Shown here in pieces: positions 63,691 through 64,000 of a stretch of 64,000 nucleotides of DNA. The stretch lies in assembly GCF_006345805.1 (NCBI RefSeq), contig NC_043015.1, forward strand, positions 28,520,001 to 28,584,000, in the 5' to 3' direction. The position numbers and the translations under genes are program-made. The notes beneath the pieces were generated by a model. The model was not told the DNA's origin. It did not search any database and saw only the letters and a program-made list of their open reading frames with translations. Positions within the stretch are counted from its first letter, which is position 1. The number at the start of each line of letters is the position of its first letter. This stretch comes from Octopus sinensis (Eukaryota).

Positions 63691-64000
63691 GTTTGCATCT
63701 TGCTTAATATTTTCAAATATTTTTTAAAAATGAAAATGTTGGTTTGTAAATATTAAATGAAGCCCCATCACTGGAATTTCAGTAACAGCAACAAAAATAG
63801 AAAAGTATATGGGAATTTCTTCACTGATTCTTGTTCTACTTATAGATAGAACATTCTAGAATAGACGGTATATATTCTCTTTGCTACCTTGAGAATATAT
63901 ATGTATATGGTACATTGGCTGTTAACTTTCCAAAAGTTTTGTAATGCCGCAATTATTGAAACAATGTAATTAGTTTATCAAGATCCAAGACATAATTACA
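54187..64000. repeat. segmental duplication, copy B (paralogue of 12817-23020)
   Basis: collinear with copy A; ends inside a serpin 3' flank. Confidence 0.9.
54800..55583 (+). pseudogene. Merlin/IS1595-like DDE transposase, least decayed copy
   Basis: KLGGPNRIVEIDES...QWVFGALER...I*PGTTVISDLWRSY...HLTVNHSINFVDP...TNHIECLWK; one in-frame TAG, no SINE. Confidence 0.9.

Overview
Eukaryotic, AT-rich, repeat-dense DNA. The SINE families and (TA)n/(CA)n/(ATCC)n microsatellites point to an Octopus genome (inference). Left of a 100-N scaffold gap (12717-12816), five small minus-strand exons with GT-AG borders and compatible phases splice into a ~123-aa reading frame resembling the N-terminus of TEX11/ZIP4. 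These exons are mostly invisible in the ORF track, and their introns are full of SINEs, a decayed mariner and hairpins. Right of the gap is a tandemly amplified array of serpins with a single coding exon (no signal peptide, SERPINB/leukocyte-elastase-inhibitor-like). It contains three intact copies, one frameshifted copy, one copy truncated at its 3' end, one inverted pseudogene and one orphan splice-acceptor-plus-RCL cassette, and a further copy is predicted just past the window end. The serpin scaffolds are nearly identical, but the four reactive-centre loops are unrelated and the scaffolds are mosaics of shared blocks, suggesting specificity diversification by segmental gene conversion with pseudogene donors. 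The amplified units also carry a Merlin (IS1595-like) transposase pseudogene, a foldback MITE, solo LTRs, Helitrons and LINE fragments, whose presence or absence records the duplication history. All family calls come from motif recognition by eye; no searches were run.
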